The notes beneath the pieces were generated by a model. The model was given only the letters and a program-made list of their open reading frames with translations, was not told the DNA's origin and made no database searches. The translations under genes were made by a program, and so were the position numbers. Positions 11,952 through 21,468 of a DNA stretch of 64,000 bases are shown here, piece after piece. Within the stretch, counting starts at the first letter, position 1; the number at the start of each line of letters is the position of its first letter. The DNA is from Porticoccaceae bacterium (lineage in GTDB: Bacteria > Pseudomonadota > Gammaproteobacteria > Pseudomonadales > Porticoccaceae). The stretch is taken from assembly GCA_038139495.1 (NCBI GenBank), contig JAYOSY010000002.1:59137-123136 (forward strand), read 5' to 3'.

Positions 11952-12734
11952 TCAGGCGTCCATATCATCTTCCAACACACTTTGATGATAAGATCGCGTC
12001 AACGGTGCCTCTTCTATGGAGGCCCGGTGAAAAAGATTAGTAATATCTTCTAGCATCCATTTATACAGCTTTTCACCCTTCTCGAGAGTTGCTGCCGATG
12101 GATTGCCCGTAACGCCATTTAAGCTAGTTCGGTTAACTGGATGACTGAATATACAATCCCTAGTGCGGTCAGAGTCGTCTGCTTTCTCAACTTTATCTTC
12201 TCTTACGAGGTCTGGATGAAGCGCCATCATAAGAGCTGTTTCCGCATCATTCGCATGCCAGTCTTCGGCATCATTAAAGTGCGCGTCACGAACTCGCGAA
12301 GAAACACGAGCAGTATTGATCAAGGCGACCATAAATCCGTCATGTCGAGCACGAAGAATTTCTAAGGCGCATCGCAAAGGCGCTTCGTTAGTTACATGGC
12401 CATTAACTAAAATCAGTCTGCGAATACCAGAGGACTGAACCCAATCTCCAAGATCAGAAACAACATCGATCAGCGTTTTCGGATTTAGGGCGATCGTTCC
12501 AGGCCATCGTCTGGAGTGCCCAATAGAGCAGCCGTAAGACAGGGTAGGAAGAAGAATAACCGGAGACTGCCGAGAAGCGTCTTCACAAAGAGTATCAGCG
12601 ATAGCCGTATCCATACCGCAACCTAGATGAGGCCCATGCTGTTCGGTAGCACCAATCGGTAATACAGCAGTTTGAATGCCATTCCTAACTGCTACAGCGA
12701 CCTCCTCCCAAGTCATCTGATGCAAGCTATACAT
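11952..12734 (-). CDS. Creatininase/MftE-family amidohydrolase (divergent active site)
   Basis: LPIGATEQHGPHL...D, NGH..N, HA...ET motifs. Confidence 0.88.
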   Translation of the reverse strand: MYSLHQMTWEEVAVAVRNGIQTAVLPIGATEQHGPHLGCGMDTAIADTLCEDASRQSPVILLPTLSYGCSIGHSRRWPGTIALNPKTLIDVVSDLGDWVQSSGIRRLILVNGHVTNEAPLRCALEILRARHDGFMVALINTARVSSRVRDAHFNDAEDWHANDAETALMMALHPDLVREDKVEKADDSDRTRDCIFSHPVNRTSLNGVTGNPSAATLEKGEKLYKWMLEDITNLFHRASIEEAPLTRSYHQSVLEDDMDA

Positions 12735-13639
12735 TAGAACACACTCCCCACATCTGATTTAACATGTACCATTCTGACCAAATCAATATTATCGGTATCA
12801 TTATCTGTGGGCGGATGAATCAACTGCTCAATATGTTGTTTTGTCGCGAGAAATTCGGGCGACAGAAATTGACTGGGGTTACGAGGTTGAGGCACAGGCA
12901 CCTCTATGACCTCCTCAACTTCTCCAGGATTGGCCTTCAGAACTAGGATACGGTCTGCAAGATATACCGCTTCATCAAGATCGTGAGTGATAAATAAAAC
13001 CGTGATATCAATATTTTTCCAAATTTCCATTAAATATGCCTGCATTTTAGCCCGAGTTTGGGCGTCTAGCGCACCAAAAGGCTCGTCCATCAGCAGTATT
13101 TTTGGTTGATTCGCAAGTGCACGAGCGATTGCTACGCGTTGCTTCATGCCACCCGACAACTGTCTTGGGTAGTGATTTTCAAATGCACTCAGACCAATCA
13201 GGTTTGTCCATTGCCGCGCCTCTGATTCTGCTGCATCCTTTCCCATGCCGCTCTCAATTAGGCCAAACATAATGTTTTGTTTTACAGTTAGCCAAGGAAA
13301 CAAGGTATACCCCTGAAACACCATGCCCCGCTCCGGGCCTGGTTTAGCAACGGGTTCCCCATCGAGAAGTATCTGCCCCGATGTAGCGGTTTCAAGACCC
13401 GCCAGTATGCGAATAAGCGTTGATTTTCCGCAGCCAGACGGCCCAATAACACAGACAAATTCTCTCTTGTGAATACTTAAATTGATGTTCTTGAGTGCGG
13501 TCACTTTGCCGTTTAGAGTCGGAAACTCTTTAGACAATCCCTTAACCTCCATAGAGATTGGGCGTTGTTTTAGTCGATCAAACCGATCTTTGACCTCATG
13601 GTTTTGTATTTTGTAATCGGGCAAATCAAATTTAGTCAT
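12734..13639 (-). CDS. ABC transporter ATP-binding protein (TauB/SsuB/NrtD type)
   Basis: GPSGCGKST Walker A, LSGGMKQR signature, [15 protein letters not shown]. Confidence 0.95.
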   Translation of the reverse strand: MTKFDLPDYKIQNHEVKDRFDRLKQRPISMEVKGLSKEFPTLNGKVTALKNINLSIHKREFVCVIGPSGCGKSTLIRILAGLETATSGQILLDGEPVAKPGPERGMVFQGYTLFPWLTVKQNIMFGLIESGMGKDAAESEARQWTNLIGLSAFENHYPRQLSGGMKQRVAIARALANQPKILLMDEPFGALDAQTRAKMQAYLMEIWKNIDITVLFITHDLDEAVYLADRILVLKANPGEVEEVIEVPVPQPRNPSQFLSPEFLATKQHIEQLIHPPTDNDTDNIDLVRMVHVKSDVGSVF

Positions 13640-13683
13640 TAGAGTTTCCTACCGAATTATTAGCGACTCATCATTTACGCTGG

Positions 13684-14631
13684 CTACTGTGTTTTTTGCC
13701 ATGGGAACAAGCGACGCCCTAACCAAGCGAGAAGTAGATCAATCATCAATCCCATAAGTCCAATCATGATGATTGCCGCAAAAACATTATCGAAATTTTT
13801 ATAGCGAGCCTGCTGAGTAATGAACCAAGTAATACCCGAACTAGTACCGATAAGTTCAGCAACAATCAAGTATGTCCAGGCCCAGCCCAAAAGAATTCGA
13901 GTATCTCGATAAAGATCAGGAAGGATTCCAGGTATAACGATTCGCATAACCAGAGACCGATTGCTAGCACCCAAAGTCTGGCCAGCTTCTAGCAGCGATG
14001 GGTCAAGTTTGCGAGTAGTGTTAGCAACCACCAAAACTTGTTGAAAAAAAGTACCGATAAATATAATTGCAATCTTCGGTGCCTGATAGATGCCAAGCAC
14101 AGCAACTGCAAGCGCTCCAAATGCAGGCGCTGGCAGATAACGGAAAAATTCTATAAAGGGCTCAAACAGGCGTGAAAAAAAGTCAAAGGTTCCTGCCAAT
14201 ATACCTAATGGTATCCCGATAATGGATGAGAGAAAGAACCCCCAAAAAATCACCTGGATACTGCTCCACAAACTCTCATGAAGCCACTTTTCACTGCGCC
14301 TTTTCGGTTCAGCCGTAAATGCGGTTACAAAGGCCGTGGCGACCTCATGTGGAGCAGGAAGATAGAGCGGGTTTGCAGGCACTCCCTGTGGAAGGGCGGT
14401 ACCCGCTTCAATGGCTTTACTAGTTTCGACTTCAAAAACCTTATTATCAACCAACATTTCATCGCGGAAGAAACTGACCGATCCAGGGTCAGTTATTTGC
14501 GTAAGTGGATGCCATAGAAAAGGAACGTAACTCACCATGCACCAGATAATGATTGGAACCGCGAAGCTTAATAGAGCTACCATGGAGCGCTGTCGGCTTG
14601 GCAGCGGACGATTTACCGAAAATATCGACAT
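13684..14631 (-). CDS. ABC transporter permease (TauC/SsuC type)
   Basis: LPAP, RYLPAPAF, EAGQTLGAS EAA loop, AWTYLIVAELIG; start at ATG 14631 with AGGA RBS. Confidence 0.93.
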   Translation of the reverse strand: MSIFSVNRPLPSRQRSMVALLSFAVPIIIWCMVSYVPFLWHPLTQITDPGSVSFFRDEMLVDNKVFEVETSKAIEAGTALPQGVPANPLYLPAPHEVATAFVTAFTAEPKRRSEKWLHESLWSSIQVIFWGFFLSSIIGIPLGILAGTFDFFSRLFEPFIEFFRYLPAPAFGALAVAVLGIYQAPKIAIIFIGTFFQQVLVVANTTRKLDPSLLEAGQTLGASNRSLVMRIVIPGILPDLYRDTRILLGWAWTYLIVAELIGTSSGITWFITQQARYKNFDNVFAAIIMIGLMGLMIDLLLAWLGRRLFPWQKTQ

Positions 14632-14671
14632 AAACTCGTTTCCTGCACGATTTTCAAAAAAATTCAATTCT

Positions 14672-14709
14672 GACAGATAGGGGCTTCCAATTGAGGCCCC
14701 TACGCTGTC
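14672..14709 (-). other. Strong intercistronic stem-loop between binding protein and permease genes
   Basis: GACAG-A-TAGGGGCTTC-CAATT-GAGGCCCCTA-CG-CTGTC; typical mRNA-stabilising/partial terminator position. Confidence 0.6.
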
Positions 14710-14757
14710 TGGAGGTTGAGAAGTAAATACTAAAAATATCCACTCCTCAGAAAAGTA

Positions 14758-15726
14758 TTACTGACTTGCTTCCATCAGAGACATATCGATATAGGCTTCG
14801 ATAAGTTGAGCATCAGGATAAACCTCATTGGCAACGTTAAAGTCATCAGCAATTTTGGAAGAGCCATATATGGAGCTAAAGCTATCACCTTTAACTGCAT
14901 AAGCCATCGATTCTTTGACGCTCATAATGTGGGTCCCATCAATAAAACCTTTGTACTCCTTAGGGGTCAAACCCACGCGAGCAGCCATAATAGAAATTGC
15001 GTCATCACGAGTAGCCTCATCCTTGAGATAAGCAACAACCATATCCCACACCTCAATCACTTTCGCCCAGTCTTTTCGATTCTGCGCAAGGCTTGATGGC
15101 GATACCGCAAGAATATCAAAGATAAGACCAGGTTCGTCCCTCGATGTGTAAATCGCTTTTGAACCTGGAACTAAGTTAAGTGCTTGCCCTGAACTAGGCT
15201 GCCAAGCAACTACCGCGTCAACTTGTCCAGACGCAAGCACCTGAGGTGTCTCGTTTGTTGGAACATTAACTAATTCAACATCTGCTTCAGTCAAACCATT
15301 TTTTTCAAGCGCATTCAAAAGAAGAAGGTGACCAACAAAGCCAACCTCCACACCGACCTTTTTACCCTTTAGATCAGTTATTGATGAAATACCAGGCGCA
15401 CCAATCACCATGTCATTACCATTCGAGAAGTCATGAATAAGAATCATGACGTTTTGAGCACCTGTTGCTCCTGTAACCAATGCGTCACCATTGGTAATTG
15501 CGACAGCATCAAGCTGTCCTGCTGCAAAAGCATCCATACTTGCAACATAATCAAACCACTCGAATTGAACATCAACACCAACTTTATCAAACATCTTCTT
15601 CTCAATAGCTATTTCCCAAGCAACAAAGCCGGGCCAATCGCTGTAGCCAATTTTTAAAGGTTCTGCGAGTAATGTTGATGACCAAGTCAATCCAGCTAGA
15701 AGTGTGGCGGTCAGTAATTTTTTCAT
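14758..15726 (-). CDS. ABC transporter substrate-binding protein (NMT1/SsuA/TauA-like)
   Basis: Signal peptide MKKLL...LLA-EP, GYSDWPG motif, [13 protein letters not shown]; GGAG RBS before ATG 15726. Confidence 0.92.
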   Translation of the reverse strand: MKKLLTATLLAGLTWSSTLLAEPLKIGYSDWPGFVAWEIAIEKKMFDKVGVDVQFEWFDYVASMDAFAAGQLDAVAITNGDALVTGATGAQNVMILIHDFSNGNDMVIGAPGISSITDLKGKKVGVEVGFVGHLLLLNALEKNGLTEADVELVNVPTNETPQVLASGQVDAVVAWQPSSGQALNLVPGSKAIYTSRDEPGLIFDILAVSPSSLAQNRKDWAKVIEVWDMVVAYLKDEATRDDAISIMAARVGLTPKEYKGFIDGTHIMSVKESMAYAVKGDSFSSIYGSSKIADDFNVANEVYPDAQLIEAYIDMSLMEASQ

Positions 15727-15800
15727 CTGATTCTCCAGAGTCGTGTTAGTTAGCAAAGGGGGTTAAATAATTGCGAAAAAGAAAACTATAATTTCACCTA

Positions 15801-15817
15801 TGCATATGCTGTGCCAA
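15801..15817 (-). promoter_or_regulatory. sigma54 -24/-12 promoter of ABC-creatininase-glnT operon
   Basis: Minus strand TTGGCACAGCATATGCA, exact GG-N10-GC spacing. Confidence 0.8.
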
Positions 15818-15911
15818 CTCATGAAATAACATTTAAAAAAATAGCTTTATCCAACTGAAGTGCATGATTAATAGTACTTTTTATAAAATGAAACTCTCTG
15901 GGGAAATTTTC

Positions 15912-15987
15912 AATGCCCCTAAAGATGGGCATTTTTTGTTGTGATCCAAAAAAGGGCGTCATTTAAATTTTGAGTTTATTTGGTGCA
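15912..15987. promoter_or_regulatory. Candidate NtrC-type enhancer sites
   Basis: AATGCCC-N8-GGGCATT (15912-15933), TGATCCAAAAAAGGGCG (15942-15958), TGAGT-N7-GTGCA with TGGTGCA half site (15971-15987), midway between two sigma54 promoters. Confidence 0.5.
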
Positions 15988-16070
15988 ATATTTGGGGTTT
16001 TAAACTTTTGCAAAAGCGTTAGCTGATTTTAATAAGTTAAATATCAAGCATATGCGTCGGCTTTGAACTC

Positions 16071-16086
16071 TGGCATCCTTTTTGCT
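16071..16086 (+). promoter_or_regulatory. sigma54 -24/-12 promoter of guanidine carboxylase operon
   Basis: TGGCATCCTTTTTGCT, exact GG-N10-GC spacing. Confidence 0.8.
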
Positions 16087-16200
16087 ATGTTATTAAGTGT
16101 CCGTACCCCTGAGGTTAAATTTCAGTCCGGATACTGCTCTGCATTAAAATGATGACGTAAACTTCATATTAGGCAGATCAGACTAAAATTTCACTAAATA

Positions 16201-16333
16201 GAGCGCTAGGGTTCCGGCTTGCAGTGATACTCCTTATCAAAGGGTTTGCAAGCGACTGGTCCAAGAGCACTCGACCTTTCAATTATCACTCTGTGATGAC
16301 TGGGGTTACACGGCGGGATAAAAGCCCGGGAGA
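16201..16333 (+). ncRNA. Guanidine-I (ykkC-yxkD) riboswitch
   Basis: CTAGGGTTCCG...CTGGTCCAAGAG P1 blocks and 3' ACACGGCGGGATAAAAGCCCGGGAGA; GGGAGACTC can pair with GAGGTTTCCT over the cgdA RBS (translational ON switch). Confidence 0.95.
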
Positions 16334-16387
16334 CTCAATGGCCGATAGTGCCGGGGTACTCTAGTGTAACTAAATGAGAGGTTTCCT

Positions 16388-17107
16388 ATGATTCAATCGA
16401 TTGACTACCAAACGAAAATTCCAGCAGGTGGGCACTGGTCCTTACGTGCACGTCGCGGAACTGTTTTACGCCTCACCGATATTATGGGCAACAGTAACGT
16501 TGGGATGCTATTTTACAATCCCGAAAATCTGCTTGAGCGATACAACGCGCCAGATACGCTAAAATGCCAACACACTTTTAAACTGACACGAGGTCACTGC
16601 CTCTATTCTGATATGGGGCGCATCTTTGCTTCTATCATTGATGACACGTTGGGATGGCACGAGACGGTTTGTGGCAACATTCAGGCCGATGAGGTTACAG
16701 AACGCTGGGGCCCGCGCGATTACCAAAAGGATCGAAATGCTTGGCATCAGAATGGCCATGATGCATTTCTGACTGAGTTAGCGAAGTATGGGCTCTCAGC
16801 TCCCGACATCGCCATGAACATAAATTGGTTCAGCCGAGTAGTTAGTGACCAACATGGCAATATCATGCTGGATAAAAACCATAGCAAAGCTGGTGATCAG
16901 GTTACGCTTCGATTCGAAATGGACACCTTGGTATTGCTACATAATTGCCCTCACCCATTAGATCTGTCAGAAAACTACCCCCAATCTGCAATCTGCATCG
17001 AGCTTGGCACTGCCTTGGCGGTTGAAGATGATGACTATTGCATGAATTTTCGTGAAGAAAATCGTCGAGGCTTCATGAACAATAATCTATATAAACTAGG
17101 CCTTTAG
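16388..17107 (+). CDS. cgdA: Carboxyguanidine deiminase subunit A (DUF1989, urea amidolyase-associated protein 1)
   Basis: [36 protein letters not shown]; riboswitch and carboxylase context. Confidence 0.9.
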   Translation: MIQSIDYQTKIPAGGHWSLRARRGTVLRLTDIMGNSNVGMLFYNPENLLERYNAPDTLKCQHTFKLTRGHCLYSDMGRIFASIIDDTLGWHETVCGNIQADEVTERWGPRDYQKDRNAWHQNGHDAFLTELAKYGLSAPDIAMNINWFSRVVSDQHGNIMLDKNHSKAGDQVTLRFEMDTLVLLHNCPHPLDLSENYPQSAICIELGTALAVEDDDYCMNFREENRRGFMNNNLYKLGL

Positions 17108-17117
17108 GAGCAAGAAG

Positions 17118-17753
17118 ATGATTGAAAGCAATTTGAACCCTGAAAAAGCTTGTTCACGCATAGTGATCGACTCTGGGGATTATTTTATCGGAAATGTTAA
17201 AGCCGGACAGACAATCAGATTATTGGATCTTGAGGGTAATCAGGCCGCCGACACGCTTTTCTTTAATGCAAATGAACCTTCAGAGCGATATAGCGCAATG
17301 GACACAATCCGTCATCAGGGAAATCTCTATCTTACATCGGGCACTGTGCTGCGCTCGAATCGGAGCAATCGAATGCTTAAGATATCAGCGGATACCTGTG
17401 GTCGTCACGACACTTTGGGCGGCGCTTGCGCCTCAGAAAGTAATACTGTGCGCTATGACCTAGAAAAACGCTGCATGCATGCTTGCCGCGACAGCTGGAT
17501 GTTGGCAATCGCCGAGCATCCTGAATTTGGGATAAGCAAGCGGGATATCGGACACAACATTAACTTTTTCATGAATGTGCCAGTGACAGAATCGGGGGGC
17601 CTCACTTTTGAAGATGGTATCTCAGGCCCTGATAAATATGTCGAATTGAAGGCGGAAATGGATGTGATCGTGCTTATATCCAACTGCCCACAATTGAATA
17701 ATCCTTGTAACGGATATAACCCAACACCAATTGAGCTACTGGTTTGGGACTAA
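17118..17753 (+). CDS. cgdB: Carboxyguanidine deiminase subunit B (DUF1989, urea amidolyase-associated protein 2)
   Basis: [50 protein letters not shown]. Confidence 0.92.
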   Translation: MIESNLNPEKACSRIVIDSGDYFIGNVKAGQTIRLLDLEGNQAADTLFFNANEPSERYSAMDTIRHQGNLYLTSGTVLRSNRSNRMLKISADTCGRHDTLGGACASESNTVRYDLEKRCMHACRDSWMLAIAEHPEFGISKRDIGHNINFFMNVPVTESGGLTFEDGISGPDKYVELKAEMDVIVLISNCPQLNNPCNGYNPTPIELLVWD

Positions 17754-17781
17754 TTAGGCTTAAATCAAGATTTAATCACTT

Positions 17782-17826
17782 CAGTGGACGGCCACTGTCG
17801 AATCAATACCAGCGGGACGACCTGCT
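17782..17826 (+). ncRNA. Guanidine-II (mini-ykkC) riboswitch, canonical, intercistronic
   Basis: CAGTGG-ACGG-CCACTG, 13-nt linker, AGCGGG-ACGA-CCTGCT, 6 nt before carboxylase ATG. Confidence 0.92.
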
Positions 17827-17832
17827 TCTGAG

Positions 17833-20800
17833 ATGAAAATGTTCAACAAGATATTAATTGCCAATCGAGGTGCTATTGCAACGCGGATTATTCGAACCTT
17901 GAAACAACTAGGCATAGAATCTGTGGCCATCTATGCCGAAAGTGATAGTGAGAGCTTGCATGTGCAGCATGCTGATGAATCCTATTCTTTGGGTGAGGGT
18001 AACGCCAGTCAGACATATCTAAATATTGAACTAATTCTTGAAATTGCTCAAAAAACTGGGGCTCAAGCTATTCATCCTGGATATGGATTTTTGAGTGAAA
18101 ACTCAAATTTTGTAGCGCGTTGTGAGCAAGCAGGCATACATTTTATTGGGCCTACTACCTCACAGATTGAGGAATTTGGTCTTAAGCACAAAGCCCGAGC
18201 TCTGGCTGAGCAGTCTGGTGTTCCCTTGCTTTCAGGCTCTTCTCTGCTAGGCAGCGTTGATGAAGCCTGCCGCTTCGCTCAACAGGTAGGTTATCCGATA
18301 ATGCTTAAAACCACTGCCGGCGGCGGTGGAATTGGGATGCAGCTTTGCCAATCAGAGAAGGAACTTAAATCTGTATTTGACTCAGTTAAGCGCCTGGGAG
18401 GAAAAAACTTTGCTGATGATGGGGTATTTTTGGAGAAGTTCATTGCTAGTGCTCGTCACATAGAAGTTCAAGTAATTGGTGATGGCAAGGGAAGCGCGAT
18501 CTCTTTGGGTGAGCGCGATTGTTCTAGCCAGCGTCGAAATCAAAAAGTCATTGAAGAGTGTCCGGCACCAAATCTAAAAGAATCGGTGCGCAAAGAACTT
18601 CATCTGACTGCTGAACGTCTTCTCTCCTCTGTTAATTATCGTAATGCAGGTACTGTGGAATTTATCTTCGATAATGATTCAGAAAAATTTTATTTTCTCG
18701 AGGTTAATACCCGCCTACAAGTTGAGCATGGGGTGACTGAAGAGGTGTATGGACTGGATATTGTTGAGTGGATGATAAGGGTTGCTTCTGACGAAAAAGT
18801 CGACCTTAGAAAACTGAAGAAAGGACTTAAACCCGATGGCCATTCAATCCAGGTCCGAATCTATGCTGAAGATCCTTGGCGTGACTTCCAACCCTGTCCA
18901 GGTTTACTTAGTCGGGTAAATTTCCCCAAAGGAACGGGTATACGTATTGATCACTGGATAGATTCAGGCATTGAGATTCCGCCATATTTTGATCCGATGA
19001 TTGCTAAGGTGATAGTTAAATCAGATTCCCGAGATCAAGCGCTTAAGAAGCTTGATATAACACTCAGTAAGATTGAGCTTTTTGGCTCAGAAACAAATCT
19101 TGATTATCTAATAAATCTAATAAAAGACCCAGCAGTTAAGACCGGCAAGGTGACAACCCAATATTTGAACCGGTTTGAATATCAACCGACACGCATCGAG
19201 GTTCAGTCACCAGGGACTCAGACCACTATCCAAGATTATCCGGGGCGCGTCGGATATTGGCATGTGGGCGTGCCACCATCAGGCCCATTTGATAGTTATT
19301 CCTTTAGGCTGGGTAATCGTAGTTTGGGCAATGATGAAGAATGCAGTGCGCTCGAAATCACTTTGCAGGGTCCCGTTTTGAAATTTGGTGCGGATGCTAA
19401 GATCATTGTAACTGGTGCATCTATTGATATAAGTCTCGATCAGAAGCCAATGCCAATGTGGGATGTGATCAATGTAAACGCTGGACAAACCCTTTCGCTT
19501 GGCAGGATTAAAGAGCAGGGTGCACGTGCCTATCTCGCGATAGATGGCGGGTTTGATATCCCTTCATATTTAGGTGCTCAATCGACTTTTACGCTGGGTA
19601 AGTTTGGAGGCCACAATGGCAGAGCGCTTAGAGCTGGGGATGTACTGCGATACAGTTATTCGACACATAATCAAGTGGCAAAGGTACCTGAAACATTGCG
19701 GCCAAATCTGGGAGACACCTACGAACTTCGAGTAATATATGGCCCTCATGGATCTCCTGACTACTTTACTGGTCAAGATATTTCACGCTTTTTTGAGGCG
19801 AACTGGGAGGTTCATTACAACTCAAGCCGAACAGGCATTCGCCTGATAGGCCCAAAACCTGACTGGGCGCGGTCAGATGGTGGCGAAGCAGGTCTGCACC
19901 CATCAAATATTCATGATAATGCTTATGCCTTTGGTACCGTAGATTTTACTGGGGATATGCCGGTCATACTAGGGCCTGACGGTCCTTCACTTGGCGGATT
20001 TGTATGCCCTGCGACCGTTGTGACCGCAGATCTCTGGAAGCTTGGTCAATTAAAGGCAGGAAACAAAGTTCGCTTTAAACCTATTACACTTGAGCAAGCA
20101 CGGATGCTAGAAGCAGATCAAACTGCCACCATCAGATCCTTTGAGAAAGTCGGTTGTGATGCTGTTGAGCCTATACCTCCGATTACACCCATTTTGAAAA
20201 CCTTCGATTCATCGGTATTTGGAGATCAAATCGTCTGTAGAGCCGCTGGTGATCACTTTCTTTTAGTTGAGTATGGTGAGCAAATTTTAGATATTCGATT
20301 ACGCTTCAGAGCACACGCATTAATGCAGTGGCTTGAGGAGCGTCCACTGGAAGGTATAAAAGAACTAACACCCGGCATTCGATCACTACAAATTCATTAT
20401 GACAGCCAAATCATAGACTATCAGTTGTTGATTGATCGTATTGAGCAGGCTGAACATGAATTATCATCCCGACTTGCCGAACTGACTGTCCCATCGCGCA
20501 TAGTTCATATACCACTGAGCTGGGATGATATAGCTTGTCAACAAGCAATCGATAAATATCAGCAGTCGGTTCGGAAAGATGCGCCCTGGTGCCCAAGTAA
20601 TCTGGAATTTATTCGGCGCATAAATGGTCTTGCCAGTATTGATGAAGTTAAAAAAATCCTTTTCGAATCCTCTTACCTTGTGATGGGTTTGGGTGACGTC
20701 TACTTGGGTGCGCCTGTTGCGACACCCGTTGATCCTCGCCACAGACTCGTTACGACCAAATACAATCCAGCGCGCACTTGGACCGCCGAAAATTCAGTTG

Positions 20801-21444
20801 GCATTGGAGGTTCTTATCTTTGTGTTTACGGCATGGAAGGTCCTGGAGGATATCAGTTTGTTGGGCGTACTCTTCAAATGTGGAATCGCTACAAGCAAAC
20901 TCGAGAGTTTACTGAGCCCTGGCTACTGAGATTTTTCGATCAAATCCGTTTTTATGAGGTAACACACGATGAACTAAAACATATTCGCCGTGATTTCCCA
21001 CAGGGTCGATACCCTCTGAAAATTGAAAAAACTGAGTTCTCTCTCTCAAAATACGAGGCCTACTTAGAGTCGAACAGTCATGAGATTGATCAATTTAATC
21101 AGCAAAGAACCAAGGCGTTTACCCAAGAACTTGAGCGCTGGCACAGAGACGGGCAATTTAATTTCTCAGTAGATGAAACGGAGATCGCTTTGCAGCAACA
21201 GGACTGGCCAGACGATGCCACAGTTATCGATAGCCCCGTATCAGGCAGTGCCTGGAAGATAACCATAGAGATGGGGCAAGCGGTGTCGGTGGGTGACACC
21301 CTGATGATACTTGAGTCAATGAAAATGGAGATCCCAATACAGGCTCATAGTGCTGGAATTATTTCCAAAATACTAGTCGAAAACGGTTCCCGCATTGTTG
21401 CTGGCCAGGCACTCATCGTCATTGAACCGGGTACTCAAAAGTAA
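17833..21444 (+). CDS. Guanidine carboxylase (urea carboxylase family, biotin dependent)
   Basis: Biotin carboxylase (IANRG, HPGYGFLSEN, EVNTRLQVEH), carboxyltransferase (HPSNIHD..Y..GTVDFTGD), biotin carrier ESMKME. Confidence 0.93.
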   Translation: MKMFNKILIANRGAIATRIIRTLKQLGIESVAIYAESDSESLHVQHADESYSLGEGNASQTYLNIELILEIAQKTGAQAIHPGYGFLSENSNFVARCEQAGIHFIGPTTSQIEEFGLKHKARALAEQSGVPLLSGSSLLGSVDEACRFAQQVGYPIMLKTTAGGGGIGMQLCQSEKELKSVFDSVKRLGGKNFADDGVFLEKFIASARHIEVQVIGDGKGSAISLGERDCSSQRRNQKVIEECPAPNLKESVRKELHLTAERLLSSVNYRNAGTVEFIFDNDSEKFYFLEVNTRLQVEHGVTEEVYGLDIVEWMIRVASDEKVDLRKLKKGLKPDGHSIQVRIYAEDPWRDFQPCPGLLSRVNFPKGTGIRIDHWIDSGIEIPPYFDPMIAKVIVKSDSRDQALKKLDITLSKIELFGSETNLDYLINLIKDPAVKTGKVTTQYLNRFEYQPTRIEVQSPGTQTTIQDYPGRVGYWHVGVPPSGPFDSYSFRLGNRSLGNDEECSALEITLQGPVLKFGADAKIIVTGASIDISLDQKPMPMWDVINVNAGQTLSLGRIKEQGARAYLAIDGGFDIPSYLGAQSTFTLGKFGGHNGRALRAGDVLRYSYSTHNQVAKVPETLRPNLGDTYELRVIYGPHGSPDYFTGQDISRFFEANWEVHYNSSRTGIRLIGPKPDWARSDGGEAGLHPSNIHDNAYAFGTVDFTGDMPVILGPDGPSLGGFVCPATVVTADLWKLGQLKAGNKVRFKPITLEQARMLEADQTATIRSFEKVGCDAVEPIPPITPILKTFDSSVFGDQIVCRAAGDHFLLVEYGEQILDIRLRFRAHALMQWLEERPLEGIKELTPGIRSLQIHYDSQIIDYQLLIDRIEQAEHELSSRLAELTVPSRIVHIPLSWDDIACQQAIDKYQQSVRKDAPWCPSNLEFIRRINGLASIDEVKKILFESSYLVMGLGDVYLGAPVATPVDPRHRLVTTKYNPARTWTAENSVGIGGSYLCVYGMEGPGGYQFVGRTLQMWNRYKQTREFTEPWLLRFFDQIRFYEVTHDELKHIRRDFPQGRYPLKIEKTEFSLSKYEAYLESNSHEIDQFNQQRTKAFTQELERWHRDGQFNFSVDETEIALQQQDWPDDATVIDSPVSGSAWKITIEMGQAVSVGDTLMILESMKMEIPIQAHSAGIISKILVENGSRIVAGQALIVIEPGTQK

Positions 21445-21468
21445 GTGAATTTAACCAAGGACTTTAAA

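Noticed and set aside
15727-15800. Riboswitch in the ABC binding-protein leader
   Set aside because: Short leader with no ACGR hairpin pair or ykkC blocks
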